Program-made: the position numbers and the translations under genes
Shown here: positions 38,716 through 52,334 of the stretch, piece by piece
Numbering within the stretch: position 1 is the stretch's first letter
How the letters are laid out: each line of letters opens with the position of its first letter
Assembly: GCF_000002075.1 (NCBI RefSeq)
Contig: NW_004798124.1
Location: forward strand, 181,952 to 245,951
Reading direction: 5' to 3'
DNA: 64,000 bases
DNA from: Aplysia californica
Lineage: Eukaryota
Notes under the pieces: model-generated
What the model was told of the DNA's origin: nothing
The model's input: only the letters and a program-made list of their open reading frames with translations
Databases searched by the model: none

Positions 38716-41700
38716 AAATCAAATTGAATCAAATCGGAGTAATAGTCAATTAACAAAAATTGTTTTGCCATTTCCTTATAACAAATACGTTTTTGTAAGA
38801 GGTTTACAGCATTGCAAAACAATTAGCTTATATAAGTTTCGTAAGGTAAATAAGCATTGGAAGATCATATAGAAGTTATAAAGGGCCTGGCCATCTCCAT
38901 CTCCCATATGGGCCAACCAAGTGGATGAGGAACCTGAAAAACTCCACAAAAAATCAAAAATCAAATGAAAGCTTTAAAACACGTTGGTTTATTAAATAGT
39001 AGTTTGAGACAATGCCTGCTGAACTGTCACCCCCTCCCCCCACCATCCCCTTATCTCCCTCTTCTCTCCTTTCCAATTCCTTTTGGAGGAACGGGCAGAA
39101 GTTGAAAAAAAGTTAGGTTCCTTTTGATTCAGAAGCTACCAGTTACGTATTTCTTTTTATTATGCGTAGTACTGTGTTAGCCACTAAGTTCAAACCAGAA
39201 AGTAGGCTATTGCTAGACATATTAGCGTTTTCTTAGCCACCCTGCTGATTTGAACAGAGTGTTACACCCTTGTGCCACGGTGAGCCCAGTATTTCCGACT
39301 TTTACAAGGGAGGGAGTGGGGAGGGGCCGTTTTGAGTTGTGGAAGACAAAATAAAAAGTAGTTTTATCATTGAGAAAAAGAAATACCATGTATTGTTCTG
39401 AAGTTTAGTTCCATGCCTGATACCTAATGAAACCGTTGCGGTAATAAGAACCCAAAACTAGGCTATAGGATGAAAATAAAGACACTTTGTAAAAGTTAAG
39501 AAGAAAATATTAAAGGTCACTATGCGTGTTTATATTGTCAGCTCAATAAACGTAATTCTACATTCACAAGTATCTGCCCAAAAAGTATAGATTTTTTCAC
39601 ACAATCATCTTGTGAAGTGACCACCAAAAAAGTCCAATTTTACATTTTTGTTAAATTTACCAACATTTATCAAAAAGAAATATTTATATACAAATCAAGT
39701 AAAACATAGTTGTTTATCACCAGAAATTGCATTAGTGCGTATAGAGTTGGATAGCAATAAATCTTATAAGGAGAAGAGTAAGAACAATCACACTATCAAG
39801 AGCCTAAACAAAACAATTAAAATGAAACCTCACCTGGTCCACATAAAGTACATCATTGTTTGGATCTACAAAGTGTTGAAACATTGTGTTTGGAGCGAGG
39901 TTGCCACAAAACTCAAGAGAATGAGAGACTTTAAAAAATAGAATCTGTCAACGAACACAGTGAGCCAAACGGAATTCATCTAAATAGAAAGAAATGCGAA
40001 ATGACAGACTCATGCAAATGCAAAGATGTTATATTAAGAACTGTGAGAAAGAAATAGCAAAAAAGCAATTTTAAATACCGCGGAGCCAAGATTAAAGAGA
40101 ATGAGAAAACAACTCCAGAGAATTTAAACTGCATCATAAAAATAGAAAAGGATAAATTTTATCTGGAAAGCACGTTGCAATGACAGAAAAAAAGAATCCT
40201 AAGCAGTATTGCATTCCCACCACAATATTAAGAAGCAACGAACATCAAGAGACAAGAAGACTTTTAAAAATATACTGAAGACAGAAACTAACGAATGAAT
40301 ATGAAAGGAAATAGGAAATAGAAACACTACCACTCCTTAAGGAGCATATTGATAATGAACCTAAACTATGTTGAATGCATCAAATAGAATGATTCATCAT
40401 AGAAAGATATTCTAAAAGCAAAGGTAAAAAGCAAAAGAGGAAGGAATTGGCTTAGCAGAAGATGGGAGTTGTGCTCAGAAACATGGTATGGAATTAAAAC
40501 AATTCAGGCATGAACAATAACAAAAGTCAGAACGTTTGATTGCAGAAAAGAAAGGTCCAAGAAGCAGCGTCCATCAACTCAAAAAGCTAAACAGGAGAAG
40601 ACAAGAAAAGACAGGGTGGACGTGAGGAGGAGGACACAAGAGAGGGAAGAGAACAGGGAGGGGGGGGGGGGCNNNNNNNNNNNNNNNNNNNNNNNNNNNN
40701 NNNNNNNNNNNNNNNNNNNNNNNNNNNNNNNNNNNNNNNNNNNNNNNNNNNNNNNNNNNNNNNNNNNNNNNNGGGGGGGGGGGGGGTCTGGTACGGGGGT
40801 AGTTGTTTCTTAGCTAGAGGTAAATCACATTCACCGTTACAGCTTCGTTGAAACGGTCAGTCTGCACCAGTTTCGGACAATAAGGAAACGCACTCGAGTA
40901 TGTCAGCTTCGATCTAGCCTACATGACCCAATCTCAAGATGGCATCTTCACTCATTTCGCTCGCACTCGTTAGTCACGTTTTGATTTAAACTACACTCGG
41001 CTCTGGTCTTTAGGTGGTCTTGTTTTGGTTTAAAACGAAAATCGAATTCGAAATATCCGCTGTTCCTTTTTTCTGTATGAGAGACATTGGGCTCGCGGCA
41101 GTTCCATTTGTATCACTTCCTCCACTGTTTGCGGTCGGTGCAGTTTTTAAGTCCCTGTCAATGACAACACTGTTTTAAATATTATATGTTCTTATTTTGG
41201 GTTAATAAAAAAGCAGGTAGTGTCAGTGTGATTATTGCATCAAGTCAATACTGTTATTTCGAAATGTCGAAAGTATCAATTTATTACAGGATCCAATTCT
41301 CAATTTTTGAGGTGTCACAAGGAAAGAACACTGATCATAATTGTGTTTATTTTATTTTTTTGCAATTTATTTGTTTTTAACCAGTTTAGGCATTGCAATT
41401 CGCAACAACAAAAAACCCACTAAGAAAAGGAATGATCCGATGCTTCGCGTGCTCCACATAATTACGAAAACAAGGTATTGTTTAACTTTAGAAAAGTCTT
41501 ACCCACCAGTGTCGATGACAAAGAGATCATCTGAAATATCATAAGTAGATGTGGTGTGATTATCCCAACAGGCCAGGTTATTTTTTCATGCCATGAATGT
41601 CGTCCTCTCTTTTTGAAGTATAGGAATTTAAAAACTGCAATCTGATATACCACGGTCAACGAATTATAAGACAGATTAAAAATAATAGTTGGAAAAAAAC

Positions 41701-42374
41701 CCCGCAATCTCTCTTTGTTTTTTGTTTTTTCAACCCAGTGGAGTGTATAGTTACAGATTGCTAAGGGTTATAGCTGCTGATGTCTTAGCTGCTTCATTAT
41801 AGACTTTGATTCTGGTTATTTTAACGACGTCGCGTGTTCCTGACAATTTAGAGGCGTGCCGCGTGTGTGATCTCCAGTTATGAAGTCACTTTTTTTTCTA
41901 ATCAGTAACGGTCTTGTGATACTCATTATTTAGTTCTGCATTGTTCTTAGAATTGCTGACAATAATTATAAATATAGTATGGCGTGGCATTACTTGGTCA
42001 TGACTAACCTTAAACAGAGAGCAAAGTGAGAGCATTGTAGAGAAGAAATTGCAGGGCAAAAGACAAGAGGAACTGTAGGCAACGCATAGTGAGAGGTAGT
42101 AAACAACTAAAAGACAAGACAAATGAATGCAAAATATTCTACAATAAACAAGTCTAGCACGGTGATCTCGAAGTACGCCTGAGACCTGATTAATTCGAGG
42201 AGAATATCTTTCCTTTTTTATTTTACTTATAAAATAAGGTATAATTCTAGATCTACGATTGCCCACCCATATGAGCATAGTCGACCATGACTTCTCTCTT
42301 GGGATAAGAAAACAGCAACAACGGATTCGTGCAAGCAATATTGCAATGGGATTGTGATAATACTATTTTGAATA

Positions 42375-42710
42375 ATAACAATAATAAAGAGCAAAATGAT
42401 ATTAGAGCTTATTCCTGCTCAGCACTAAGTTCTATATGCTTTACATCATCATCATTATTATCCTAACTGACACAAAATACTCAGTGACAACCTCGGCATC
42501 CCAGGAAGCATACAGTGCAAGCACGAAACCCTATCAAGCTGACAAGATATTTCACTGTTTCGTCGGATACCCGTTTTCACCTGAGGAAGTTTAGCAAAAT
42601 CCGTGTAAAGTGTTTTTCCCAAAGAAACTACATTGGGCGCCAGACGGGGTTCGATTTTTTGACTTTTCAGTTGCGAATCCAAAAACTTACCAATATTCCA
42701 TCAACGCCAC
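42375..42710 (-). mobile_element. SINE S2 (upstream of GPCR copy 2)
   Basis: Paralogous to 19430-19755. Confidence 0.65.
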
Positions 42711-43941
42711 AATTTTTAACGTTTAATTTAACAATGGGGGTGATTGATTGGAAAGATGATTAGCACGTATGTTTTAGGATATTATCTCAAACAATGCCGG
42801 GTACTTAGGTGGTGACATGGTGTTCAGTACGCCACAATCTCGACACAATATTTGAAAAACGGTGAATAAATATTTCTAAAAAGTTATGGAGCTGTCCTCA
42901 AAGCCTCAGAGTTAGTTTTACAAAGGAAGTTCAAGGTCATAACAGATAAGTCCTACCTTTTTTTACTCCTTGCTAAATAATAATATGTTACTCTTAGAAA
43001 CTTCTAATCAGAACTAAATGGCTGTTATTTTGTAAACGTGCTTCTTAGACTGAAGCAAACGGAAGCAAATCCTATCTCTCATGATCAACGTAGGCTGAGG
43101 GGTACCTTGTTTTCCGAGATATTTAATCTGTAAGATTTAGCAAGTTTTGATGTTTGTGACTATAGAGATCTGCAATTTTTCTCCGACATTTTGAAAATTA
43201 ATAGATCTACAAATAAAACAAACATTCAAACGGTTTGTTTTTTTACCTCATGGGGTAATTTCTCAAGGAAAAGCCAGGAATTCGACTCATAAGAATTTTG
43301 TTTATAGTCTTAGACAACTGCAACACGTTCGATATTATTTAATTTATCTGTTACTTTTGTTCTTATTTTATCGGCAAGCCGAATTTTAAGAAATCAGAAA
43401 TAAATGACAGTGAACAAAATTCAAAGGTAATTAACNNNNNNNNNNNNNNNNNNNNNNNNNNNNNNNNNNNNNNNNNNNNNNNNNNNNNNNNNNNNNNNNN
43501 NNNNNNNNNNNNNNNNNNNNNNNNNNNNNNNNNNNNNNNNNNNNNNNNNNNNNNNNNNNNNNNNNNNNNNNNNNNNNNNNNNNNNNNNNNNNNNNNNNNN
43601 NNNNNNNNNNNNNNNNNNNNNNNNNNNNNNNNNNNNNNNNNNNNNNNNNNNNNNNNNNNNNNNNNNNNNNNNNNNNNNNNNNNACATCTTTTTATAGAAC
43701 TTCTATAAAAACAAACATTCCTTTAGAGTAACTCTTTTCATTTGCAATGTCTTACGTTCAACAGGACACTCTATTGGTGAAAGATCTAAGCAAGATTTCA
43801 GCATGATACCAGCTGAGCAAGGGGAACAGTTTTGATAAGCTTCTTCGTCAAAATGTTAATACTTTTTGGACTGAATATTCTCTACTTTTTTTCACACCCC
43901 CACCTTTCCAGTTCGAAGTATCAGGCCCAAACCAATTCGTC

Positions 43942-46509
43942 ATGTTGTGTGAGATGCCTGACCAGCGTGGGTGCCCTGCCGGTATCACAGATAACAGCAC
44001 AATAACTAAATTAAGCACTGGACAACCTCCTGGTCTCATCATCGACAACAAGACATTTAGTGTAGTCGTAAATACACTGATGTGTGGACTAGCACTTCCG
44101 GTTACAATCTTCGGGATGGTCACCAACCTCATCAACATTGTGGTGTTCCTCAAAACATGTAAGGCTGGATTTTGTTGTGATTCTAGATATAACAATACAA
44201 TGTGGTTGCATTCCCTACCTTATACCTTAGAATATAACCGTATTACACATTAGTAAAATAGCAAGAGGAATTTTTTTCACCTCCCTTGTATTTATTATGC
44301 CTCTGTTCCCTTTTGGCTCTGTCCTAATGGGGATATGCGTAAAATTCAGAGGTTCTGCCTCTTAAATAAACTTACAGTACAGTGTTGGGCCTGGTGGGGA
44401 CTCTCGTGGCCTGGAGGTTACGATGTTCGCCTCTAAATCAATAGTTTCCGGATTTGAATCCGGATAGCGACGGAGAATTTTTTTCTCTAAAATGTTCTCC
44501 TTTCACATCCTTTCCTGCTCCGTAACAACATTCTGTTGTCTGCTTTTGTCTATACTTTATGCCCCCATCCCTTCACCTCGTTTGCCCCCCTCCTCTAGGC
44601 TCCTAGCACTTTCTGCAGCCTTTCTACCGCTACTCCTTGACTCCTTCTTACTGCTGTCATTCAGCCACACCCCTGATCTTTTGGTAGGAAAGATTTATAC
44701 CTACCCTTCTTGGACAAGGGTGAAAAATTTCGGAGGTCCTGTGTGCAAGTTGCACAAGTTAGAGATCCCTTGGTGGTCCAAAATCGATAAGAGTAGGCTT
44801 TGGCCGCCATCCGGGCAAAATTCAAAATTACCTTCCAACTGAAAATATTTAATGTGTCATTCACGCCTATATGACCTTAATATGCAGTTGCGAGCGCCGT
44901 AGAACACTTTAAAAAACACAAAAACACCCCTCCCATAAAAAAGAAACAACAACGAAAAACGAAAACAAAACTAGATACTATTTCAGTGTTCTTGTTTTGT
45001 TGGTTTTTTTTGTTGTTGTTGTTGTGGTTTTTCGTTTCAGATTGGTTGTATTCATCTGGTCTGTATACACTAGCACGCAACCTCGTTGTGGTCCCGAACA
45101 TATTACAATATGGTTTAAAAGGGACTTGTTATTGGCATATACCCTAACGTTAAGGTTTGCAACATAAAAATAGAAAAATGTGTTGTTTCAAATGATTCCA
45201 ATATTAACAATATAATTGTTTTCGTACACTTATGACAAAGATGTATTGTTACTAGTATTTACGATGTCGTGGAATTTGTTAACACAGGACGTGTGTCATG
45301 CGTTGTTATCAACAATAGTGGTGTAGCAGTTTGGCGCTTCGTCGTGCCTAGCAGAAGACCTGAGATTAATTTCTTAACGGGGAAGACATTTTATTGACTG
45401 TCTCTGCCTTTCTTATTTTACATTGTATCTCTCTCAACAAGGGTTGGTTTTGAGAGACTGCGTTGAAACCAGCTTCCTAAATTTTCGGAAGTGTTTTGGG
45501 ATAAAAGTTTAAAGACGTACTGCCCTGAAAGAGTTTAGTTCATCGTACGTTTTTTCTATTTTCAATCACAGATCTCACAGACTCCGTGTCGGTGACTTTC
45601 TTCGCACTGTCGATATCAGATTTCTGCTTCCTGTTCGTTTCCTTTTTCAACCAGACAGGCATTGCTCTTTGGTTCTTGGGGTTGAGCGATGGCTGGAAGG
45701 TCAACACATTTCACCTTGGCCTTTATCTTGTGAATTTTCAAGCTCCTGTCTACTATTGCTCTGTCTTCGTGACGACCTACATGGCTATCGTTCGGTGCTG
45801 CTGTGTCACTTTCCCGTTAAGATTCCGGCATCTGTTCACCGCAAAGAGAACGTACATTGTGTTGGTCTCAATGTTTACCATCGTCACAGTCTTACATATG
45901 CCGTATTTGGAAAGAACTAAGCTAGACTGGGTTAAGCAGAACAATAACAGGACTGTGTTGAGTCTGGTCTTCTTGCCCGGGTGGACAGATGCACGTGATT
46001 TCCAAGACCTCGTAAACGGAAATATAATAACTAATGTCTGTTTGGCCATTGTTTTTACTTGCCTGTTTGCACTTATCAGAGCGCTGCGACATGCCTCGGC
46101 GTTTCGACAAAAGAAAGCTCATTGTCTGACCCCAGAAGGTGAAGAGGATGTAAAAAGAGTGGACAAAGGCTCTATAGTAACTGTGAAATCTGCAGAAAAA
46201 CTGGATAGAAAAAGTGTGCAGGTGGTTCAGTCGGTCACTTTTATTTCCACCTTTTTTGCAGTCTCCTTGGTTATTCAACAGAGTGTGCTTCTCGGAAGGT
46301 TGATTTTTCCAGAATTTCGCTCTACAGGGCATTACAAAAACATTTTCGGAGTACTGGCAACTCTATCGACAACAGCTATGTTTCTAAATGCCTCAATCAA
46401 TATTATTGTCTACTACTTCTTCAACACCAAGTACAAAGCATCTCTTCTTCAGCTAATAGGAAGAGACAAAACCAGCAGCATCGTGTCGAATCTTCCTGGT
46501 AGTTCATGA
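43942..46509 (+). CDS. Class A GPCR, gastropod chemosensory-receptor type, copy 2; join(43942..44158,45572..46509), 384 aa
   Basis: Same exon structure as copy 1 (donor T|GTAAGG at 44159, acceptor CACAG|AT at 45572). The ORF is intact, with about 21 amino-acid differences from copy 1 by manual comparison. Confidence 0.9.
44396..44915 (+). mobile_element. SINE S1, orthologous insertion in the GPCR copy 2 intron
   Basis: Same position and sequence as 21398-21950. Confidence 0.75.
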
Positions 46510-47703
46510 AGACAAGAAAAAGCTAAATATAGTAATATGATAATATATTATTAAACTATTGTCACCTAATAGGTAAAAATCTTTGCAATGTTGAATAAAG
46601 TTTAAACAATAAAACTGTTACACTGTCATTTTGTTTTTTCACAACATGGAAATACAAGTTCAGAAGAGATACCATTTGGTTCCTGTTTTTGTTCCAATTA
46701 TTTGTAGATCTAATATTTTGAGGTTTGTTTGGTTGTTTGTTTTTTGTGTTGTTGTTTTTTTTTTTGGGGGGGGGGGGAGGTTGAGGGTGGTTTTGTTTTT
46801 GTTTTTGAAACATCACGTGGAATTGATGGTCAGAGATAAATATTTGGCAAAGGGTGAGTTCTGCTGACATTTCACAACGCTAATCGCTCCTTTCAACATG
46901 TTAAAAGTTATCTGACAGGCAGGGGGAGGGGGCGGGGAGGGGGTGATACTTGAACTTCTGTCTCTTTTCAAATTAAAGTAGCATTACCAAGTTTGTGCTA
47001 ACCCATGGATACTCACCAGATCGTACAGTTTAAATAGTACCTTCTTGGGACTTGAACCACAGTCGCCGTTGCCGATGTCCCTATCTTCTCGGTGGCTCCA
47101 GTGACAAAGTGAGTTATGAGTTCAGACTATATAGTAATTTCATGCAAGTGTTTGTGACACGGAGATTAAGTGGGTGGTCACTGGGGTGTGTCCTTGAGCA
47201 AGAGACGACAAACTCTAGCAGGCGTGAAGCAAATTATTTATAATTGTGAAACTGTTCTGCCATCTGTGTAATACTGTTTTTTTATGGCATACTATGTAGT
47301 TGTGGACGCATTTATTAACGTACTGTTATGCATGTATGCATTTATCATCATTATTTATGCATGAGTGTAGATTTATGTATGTTTACCATTGCAACCCCCA
47401 ATTTCCCCAAGGGGAACAATAAAATGTATTTTGTTTATTTATATTTAGATCTAGATCTATTTATATACATTTTTACCAGTTTCAAAGGGGCACTTGTAAT
47501 GCCTGTTAAAATTGTATAGATGGGTTAGTGTATTCGTGCTGTGTGAGGAGGTATACATTTATTAGAATTTTGTGTTGTGTTTCAAATGTGGACGGAGAGA
47601 GAGATGAGGTTGGGGGCGAGAAAAGAGGGAGAGACATAGGGAGAACTTGACAGAAAAAAGAGAGAAATAAATAGAGGAAGAGGGAGAAAGGGAGAGGGGG
47701 GGG

Positions 47704-47758
<55 letters not shown>

Positions 47759-47800
47759 AGACAACATGAGAGACGGAGAGAGAGTGAAAATGAGAGAAAG

Positions 47801-47874
<74 letters not shown>

Positions 47875-48152
47875 GGGGGGGGGATAAAGAGACCGAGAGA
47901 AGTGATAAAAGGAGGGTGAGCACGAAAAGCGAGTATAAAAATGGTAGTATATCATTATATATTTTTTTGAAAAGACAGGGACTTTGAAAATGACAGGACA
48001 ATGTGCTCAGAGGCAAGGGGAAATTACAAGGACTTGGTCAGGGAAATTGAAATGATAAACCTTACGGAATTGGAAAAGGGATGTATTTTACGCATCGTAA
48101 GCTTGCCTGGAACCAAGGGCGATTGGTGAAATGGATATAATGCCAGTACTTA

Positions 48153-48510
48153 GGTGGTGTCGGTGGTCTAGTGGTTAAGCTACAGGATTCGTAATCGTGG
48201 TGTTGCAAGTTCGGAGGTTTCGAGCCTCAGGCCCGACGTTGTTTCCTTGCGAAAGGCATTTTACACGAATTTTCCTCACTTCACCCCCGTGAAAATGGGT
48301 AGATCTACTCTGTCGTAGACAGCGAAAGGTCTTGTCAGTTTGTTAGTGTTTTGGCACCTATGAATGGCAGCTTGCACTGTATGCTTTTCGGGAAGTTGAG
48401 ATTGTTTCAGAAAGCCATCACGTCTGCTGGAGTAATAATATAGATTGTAAATCGCGTAGAGCTTGCTGTTGAGGGGATATGTGCTCTATATACAAATGCT
48501 GTCTATCAAA
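48153..48510 (+). mobile_element. tRNA-derived SINE family S2 (CORE-like centre, L2-like tail)
   Basis: A box GGTGGTCTAGTGGTTAAG; centre TTCCTTGCGAAAGGCATTTTACACGAATTTTCCTCACT...AATGGGTA; tail TGTAAATCGCGTAGAGC. Confidence 0.7.
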
Positions 48511-49734
48511 ATCACTTTCTTATTCTCAGAAGAAGTGGAACTCACAATGTGTGGTAAAAAGAGGCAGAAACAGTATCTACTCCAATCAGCTTGACTCTCT
48601 ATGTATCCATCTGAGTGCGTTTCTTTTGCACTTATTCATCCTCACAGATTATCATCGTAAACAGACCATGGAAATAATCATGACGGCCAGGACAGGTAAA
48701 GGGTCAGAAAGAACGGACAATGCAAGTGCAAGGCAGCTATTGATATGAGTTACTGGTACTGATGACGCAAATTGTCGGCACAAAACATCCGTAACTTGTT
48801 CGTTTATGACAAGCCGGAGTAATGCTGATCCCCCCACGATCTCCGGGACAGGGGATGGACGCATAACCCGCCTGCCGAAACGGTTTGTAACTCCTGCGCG
48901 AATGTTTTAACTGTTCTTTATGGACGACCTGTTCGTCTTTTCGCCGGGTATTCTCATGAATATTTATGACACGTCTTACAATCGTGTTTAGTCTTTCCGC
49001 CCTGGTGTAATGCTTCTTGCTGAATGGGATGTCTGCACTGTTAGCTGCCGTATATACTTCCTGTCCCCACGTGATCAGAATGATATGGAGACGGAATTGG
49101 ATACTGAACTAATCTTTAAAAGAAAAAGAAGAACGCTTGAATTTCCCATAAGTGACCAGATATAGCGTCATTATCCGAAGTTTTTTTTTCAGTTTAGGGG
49201 ATGGGGGGAACTCTTCCCTGGCACAATGCTTCAGGGACGAAAAGTACTCGTCTATTTTCTTGGTGCCAGACTTTAATACATCCATTGTATTCACTCATAA
49301 ATTCATTCTGTGACATGACGTCATATTGTTACCAGGTATCGAGGTTCTCAGTAGCTGTGTAACATTGGCAACATTAATTTATTGACAACTATTTCTATTA
49401 CGAGAACGAAACCTCGGTACGTAACATTAAATAAACGAATTAGACCTATAAACGAAAAAACAACCTTTTTCTCATAAACATATTATTTCCCGTTTATCTT
49501 TTAGTTTTATTGGGAAGGGCGTGAGAAGTTGCAATTTAAATCACGGAAGGTTATTTTTTCGGAAAACTCTTAGGCCTCCTTAGCGTAGCGAATGATGAAC
49601 TAGTTGCCATAAAACTGACAAGACTATTATTAAAGTACAAGACTCATTACATGTTATACCTATGCCTGGACATACGGATGCACGACTTCTCTAAAAAAAA
49701 GATTACCTTTATTTTGCTTAATATCTGATGTTCA

Positions 49735-49812
49735 TGGTCGCTACCCGGATTCTCAACCCGGGATCTTTGAATGAGAGCGAACACCTTAACCTCTAGGCCA
49801 CGAGAGCTCCCT
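49735..49812 (-). mobile_element. SINE S1 head fragment
   Basis: Matches the tRNA-like head at 56840-56910. Confidence 0.6.
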
Positions 49813-49839
49813 CTCAAGATCTATGGGCTTTACTAACCC

Positions 49840-50098
49840 CAACAAACCCTATAACCCTTAGAAACATTATCGTCTTCCCGGGAAGCATACTGTGCAAGCA
49901 GCTGATTAAGTACTAAAAACTAACTGATACGATGTTTCGCTGTCTATTTCCGGGTACGTAGTCTCATTTGGGTGAAGAGAGGACATTTTCTATTAAACAC
50001 TTTTTCCAGGGATATAATGCCGGTCTCCTTATTGGGTTTGAAACTGCGACCTTTCAGTTTAGAACCCTTCTGCCTAACCTGTGTCCACCGACGCCACT
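49840..50098 (-). mobile_element. SINE S2
   Basis: GGAAGCATACTGTGCAAGC motif and remnants of a tRNA head. Confidence 0.55.
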
Positions 50099-51199
50099 AA
50101 AGTAGGTTAACGAATCAGACCGGTAAACGAAAAATAACGTTAATTTTCTGGAAGATAACTCCTTATTACAGGAGACAGGCTGATAGGGTATTCAAGTTGC
50201 ACAGAATCAAAATCATCGTGGGCACACATCGGGTTGAGCTGTCGATCATGTTCGTTCTTGGGTGAATTAGACTATTAAAATCCAGACTAAACGGGTATTT
50301 GAGTAGTCAAGAGTAATTATCTAAAATAAAATATATCCTTCTGGAGGCATTTTGAAGAATGGTCAATAGTTGTCATGTTTTTATGTTAATCCATAACATG
50401 TTTAGCCGATTGAATACTTCTGAGCCATCATACTGGAGTCACGACCTTTTGTTACAAGTATTTATAAAGCTCAAGACAACCTACTCTCTCTAACGTTTCT
50501 GGTCGTTCTTTCCAGTCCTAACATAATATCTGATATTTTACTATCTGGATCTGGCTGTATGTCTGTCTCTTTGGGTTTTTTTGTTTGTCTCTTTATCTGT
50601 CTGAATGTCTGAATGTCTGTCCATCAGTCCGTCAGTCTTTGTCTTTTTGTCTCTCTTTATTTATTTCCCACATACGGCACAGNNNNNNNNNNNNNNNNNN
50701 NNNNNNNNNNNNNNNNNNNNNNNNNNNNNNNNNNNNNNNNNNNNNNNNNNNNNNNNNNNNNNNNNNNNNNNNNNNNNNNNNNNNNNNNNNNNNNNNNNNN
50801 NNNNNNNNNNACAGAATCCCCAAGACAACAGTCCGGGGAAGTCGAGCCTCCTCGATTCAGGTCAGTTGTAAGAGGCAATTTTGGCATCGATCCAGCTTTG
50901 ATCAAAGCCTTTACTGATGTGTGATTATACCCATATCCATCTTTGTGTCCGCTTCATCAAAATTGGCATCGATTACTGGCGGCCGTGCCGCTATTACTTG
51001 CCGTTTACTGCCTGTGTTTATTGGAAACAATCCTTGTAGTTGGCGCAGTGTCGAAATGATCATGACGTTTATAATCCGTCCGTGTCCCGTTTCCAATGAT
51101 ACCCGAGTGTAAAGTGAAAACGCAAGAAATCACGGGTAGATTTTCCTTTATTTTGTTCCCTTGTCTTGAGCGTTTGCGTGTGGGTTTATGAGTGTTTGG

Positions 51200-51268
<69 letters not shown>

Positions 51269-51745
51269 CGAGAGAGAATTGGGAATGTATTCTTGTGTAT
51301 ATGAAAATGGTGAAATGGTGTAGGTTTAACTCCCCTGTCAGCACTATTAGGTTATTTAACGAAACGTCCGAGTTTTCCTAGTTCTTCAGACTTAGTAATG
51401 TTTTTCAGAGATAAATTTATTGTTTACGTATATGGAGAAACTTGTTTTTTCAGTTCTTGGGTTGTCTTTAAAAGATCTATGTCAAATTTGGGTTGGTACT
51501 TTGACTTTTTACGTTTCTTCTGTCTAATCTGCATTTTACACATAACTCGTACACGGTCACTATCACAGTCTGCTTCTGGCTGTGATTAAGACGATTTAAT
51601 TGCATTCCTAAAACGTTTCTGCAAAAGTATGAAATTTATCTCGTTTCTACTTCTATAGCCAGGACTCTTCCAAGTGTATCGTCTTCTTGGGTGATTTTCA
51701 TACCAGGTACCAGGTATTTAAGATCATAAAATTATTGTCTCTTCA

Positions 51746-52190
51746 CCGGATGGCGACGGAAAAGTTTCTTCTCTAAAATGTTCTCTTTGCACATCCTTCC
51801 CTGTTTTGTAACACTGTTCTGTCATTAGATTTCGTCTCCACTTTCTGCCCCCTCTGCTTTACTTCTTTGTCCCCTCCTCTGGGCCTTTCTACTGCTTCTC
51901 CTTGGCTCCTTCTTACTGCTGTTTTTCAGCCACCTTTCTGATCTTAAAACAGGTAAGATCTTCCCCAAGCCTTCTCGGACAAGGCTGAAAAATCTCGCAG
52001 ATCCCGTGTGCAAGTTGCGCAGGTTAAAGATCCCTTCGTGGTTTAAAATCGACAAGAGTAGGTTTCGGTCGCCACCCGCGCAAAACGCAAAATGTCCTAC
52101 CTACTGAAAATGTTTGGTGAGTCCTGCGGGCTCATATGACCTTATGCAGTTGCGAGCGCCATAAAACACTAACCAAAAACATAAAACAAA
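51746..52190 (+). mobile_element. SINE S1, 5'-truncated
   Basis: Homologous to the S1 body and tail. Confidence 0.7.
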
Positions 52191-52263
52191 CACAACTAAT
52201 CTAGTTTATCTCTTTCCAATCTCCTATGTCATTTTTTTCGCGGTCTTTTTGTCTCTCCCTGAC

Positions 52264-52334
<71 letters not shown>

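Larger units (their letters stand above)
35508..40910 (+). repeat. Long direct repeat, copy 2 of segment B
   Basis: Runs from GTACTGTCTGCAGG to TGTCAGCTTC and matches 24531-29361. It ends inside the 3' end of the orphan ORF. Confidence 0.92.
41158..46930 (+). repeat. Segmental duplication unit 2 (GPCR)
   Basis: Paralog of 18210-24423. Confidence 0.85.

Noticed and set aside
24531-40910. LTR retrotransposon (long direct repeats flanking an RT)
   Set aside because: No TG...CA ends, PBS/PPT, gag, protease or integrase. The RT is an RTE LINE, and the repeat ends cut through other features.
47250-47450. Possible LINE 3' end (AATTTCCCCAAGGGGAACAATAAA)
   Set aside because: Resembles Rex/CR1-group tails from memory, but there is no coding remnant to support it.
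48748-48797. Hammerhead ribozyme (CTGATGA flanked by AGTTAC/GTAACT)
   Set aside because: No GAAA core after a credible stem II and no stem III; likely chance.
50811-51112. Coding-like island; the minus-strand ORF contains DEADTK (XPG-like motif)
   Set aside because: Single short motif with no supporting context, next to a gap; cannot be assigned.
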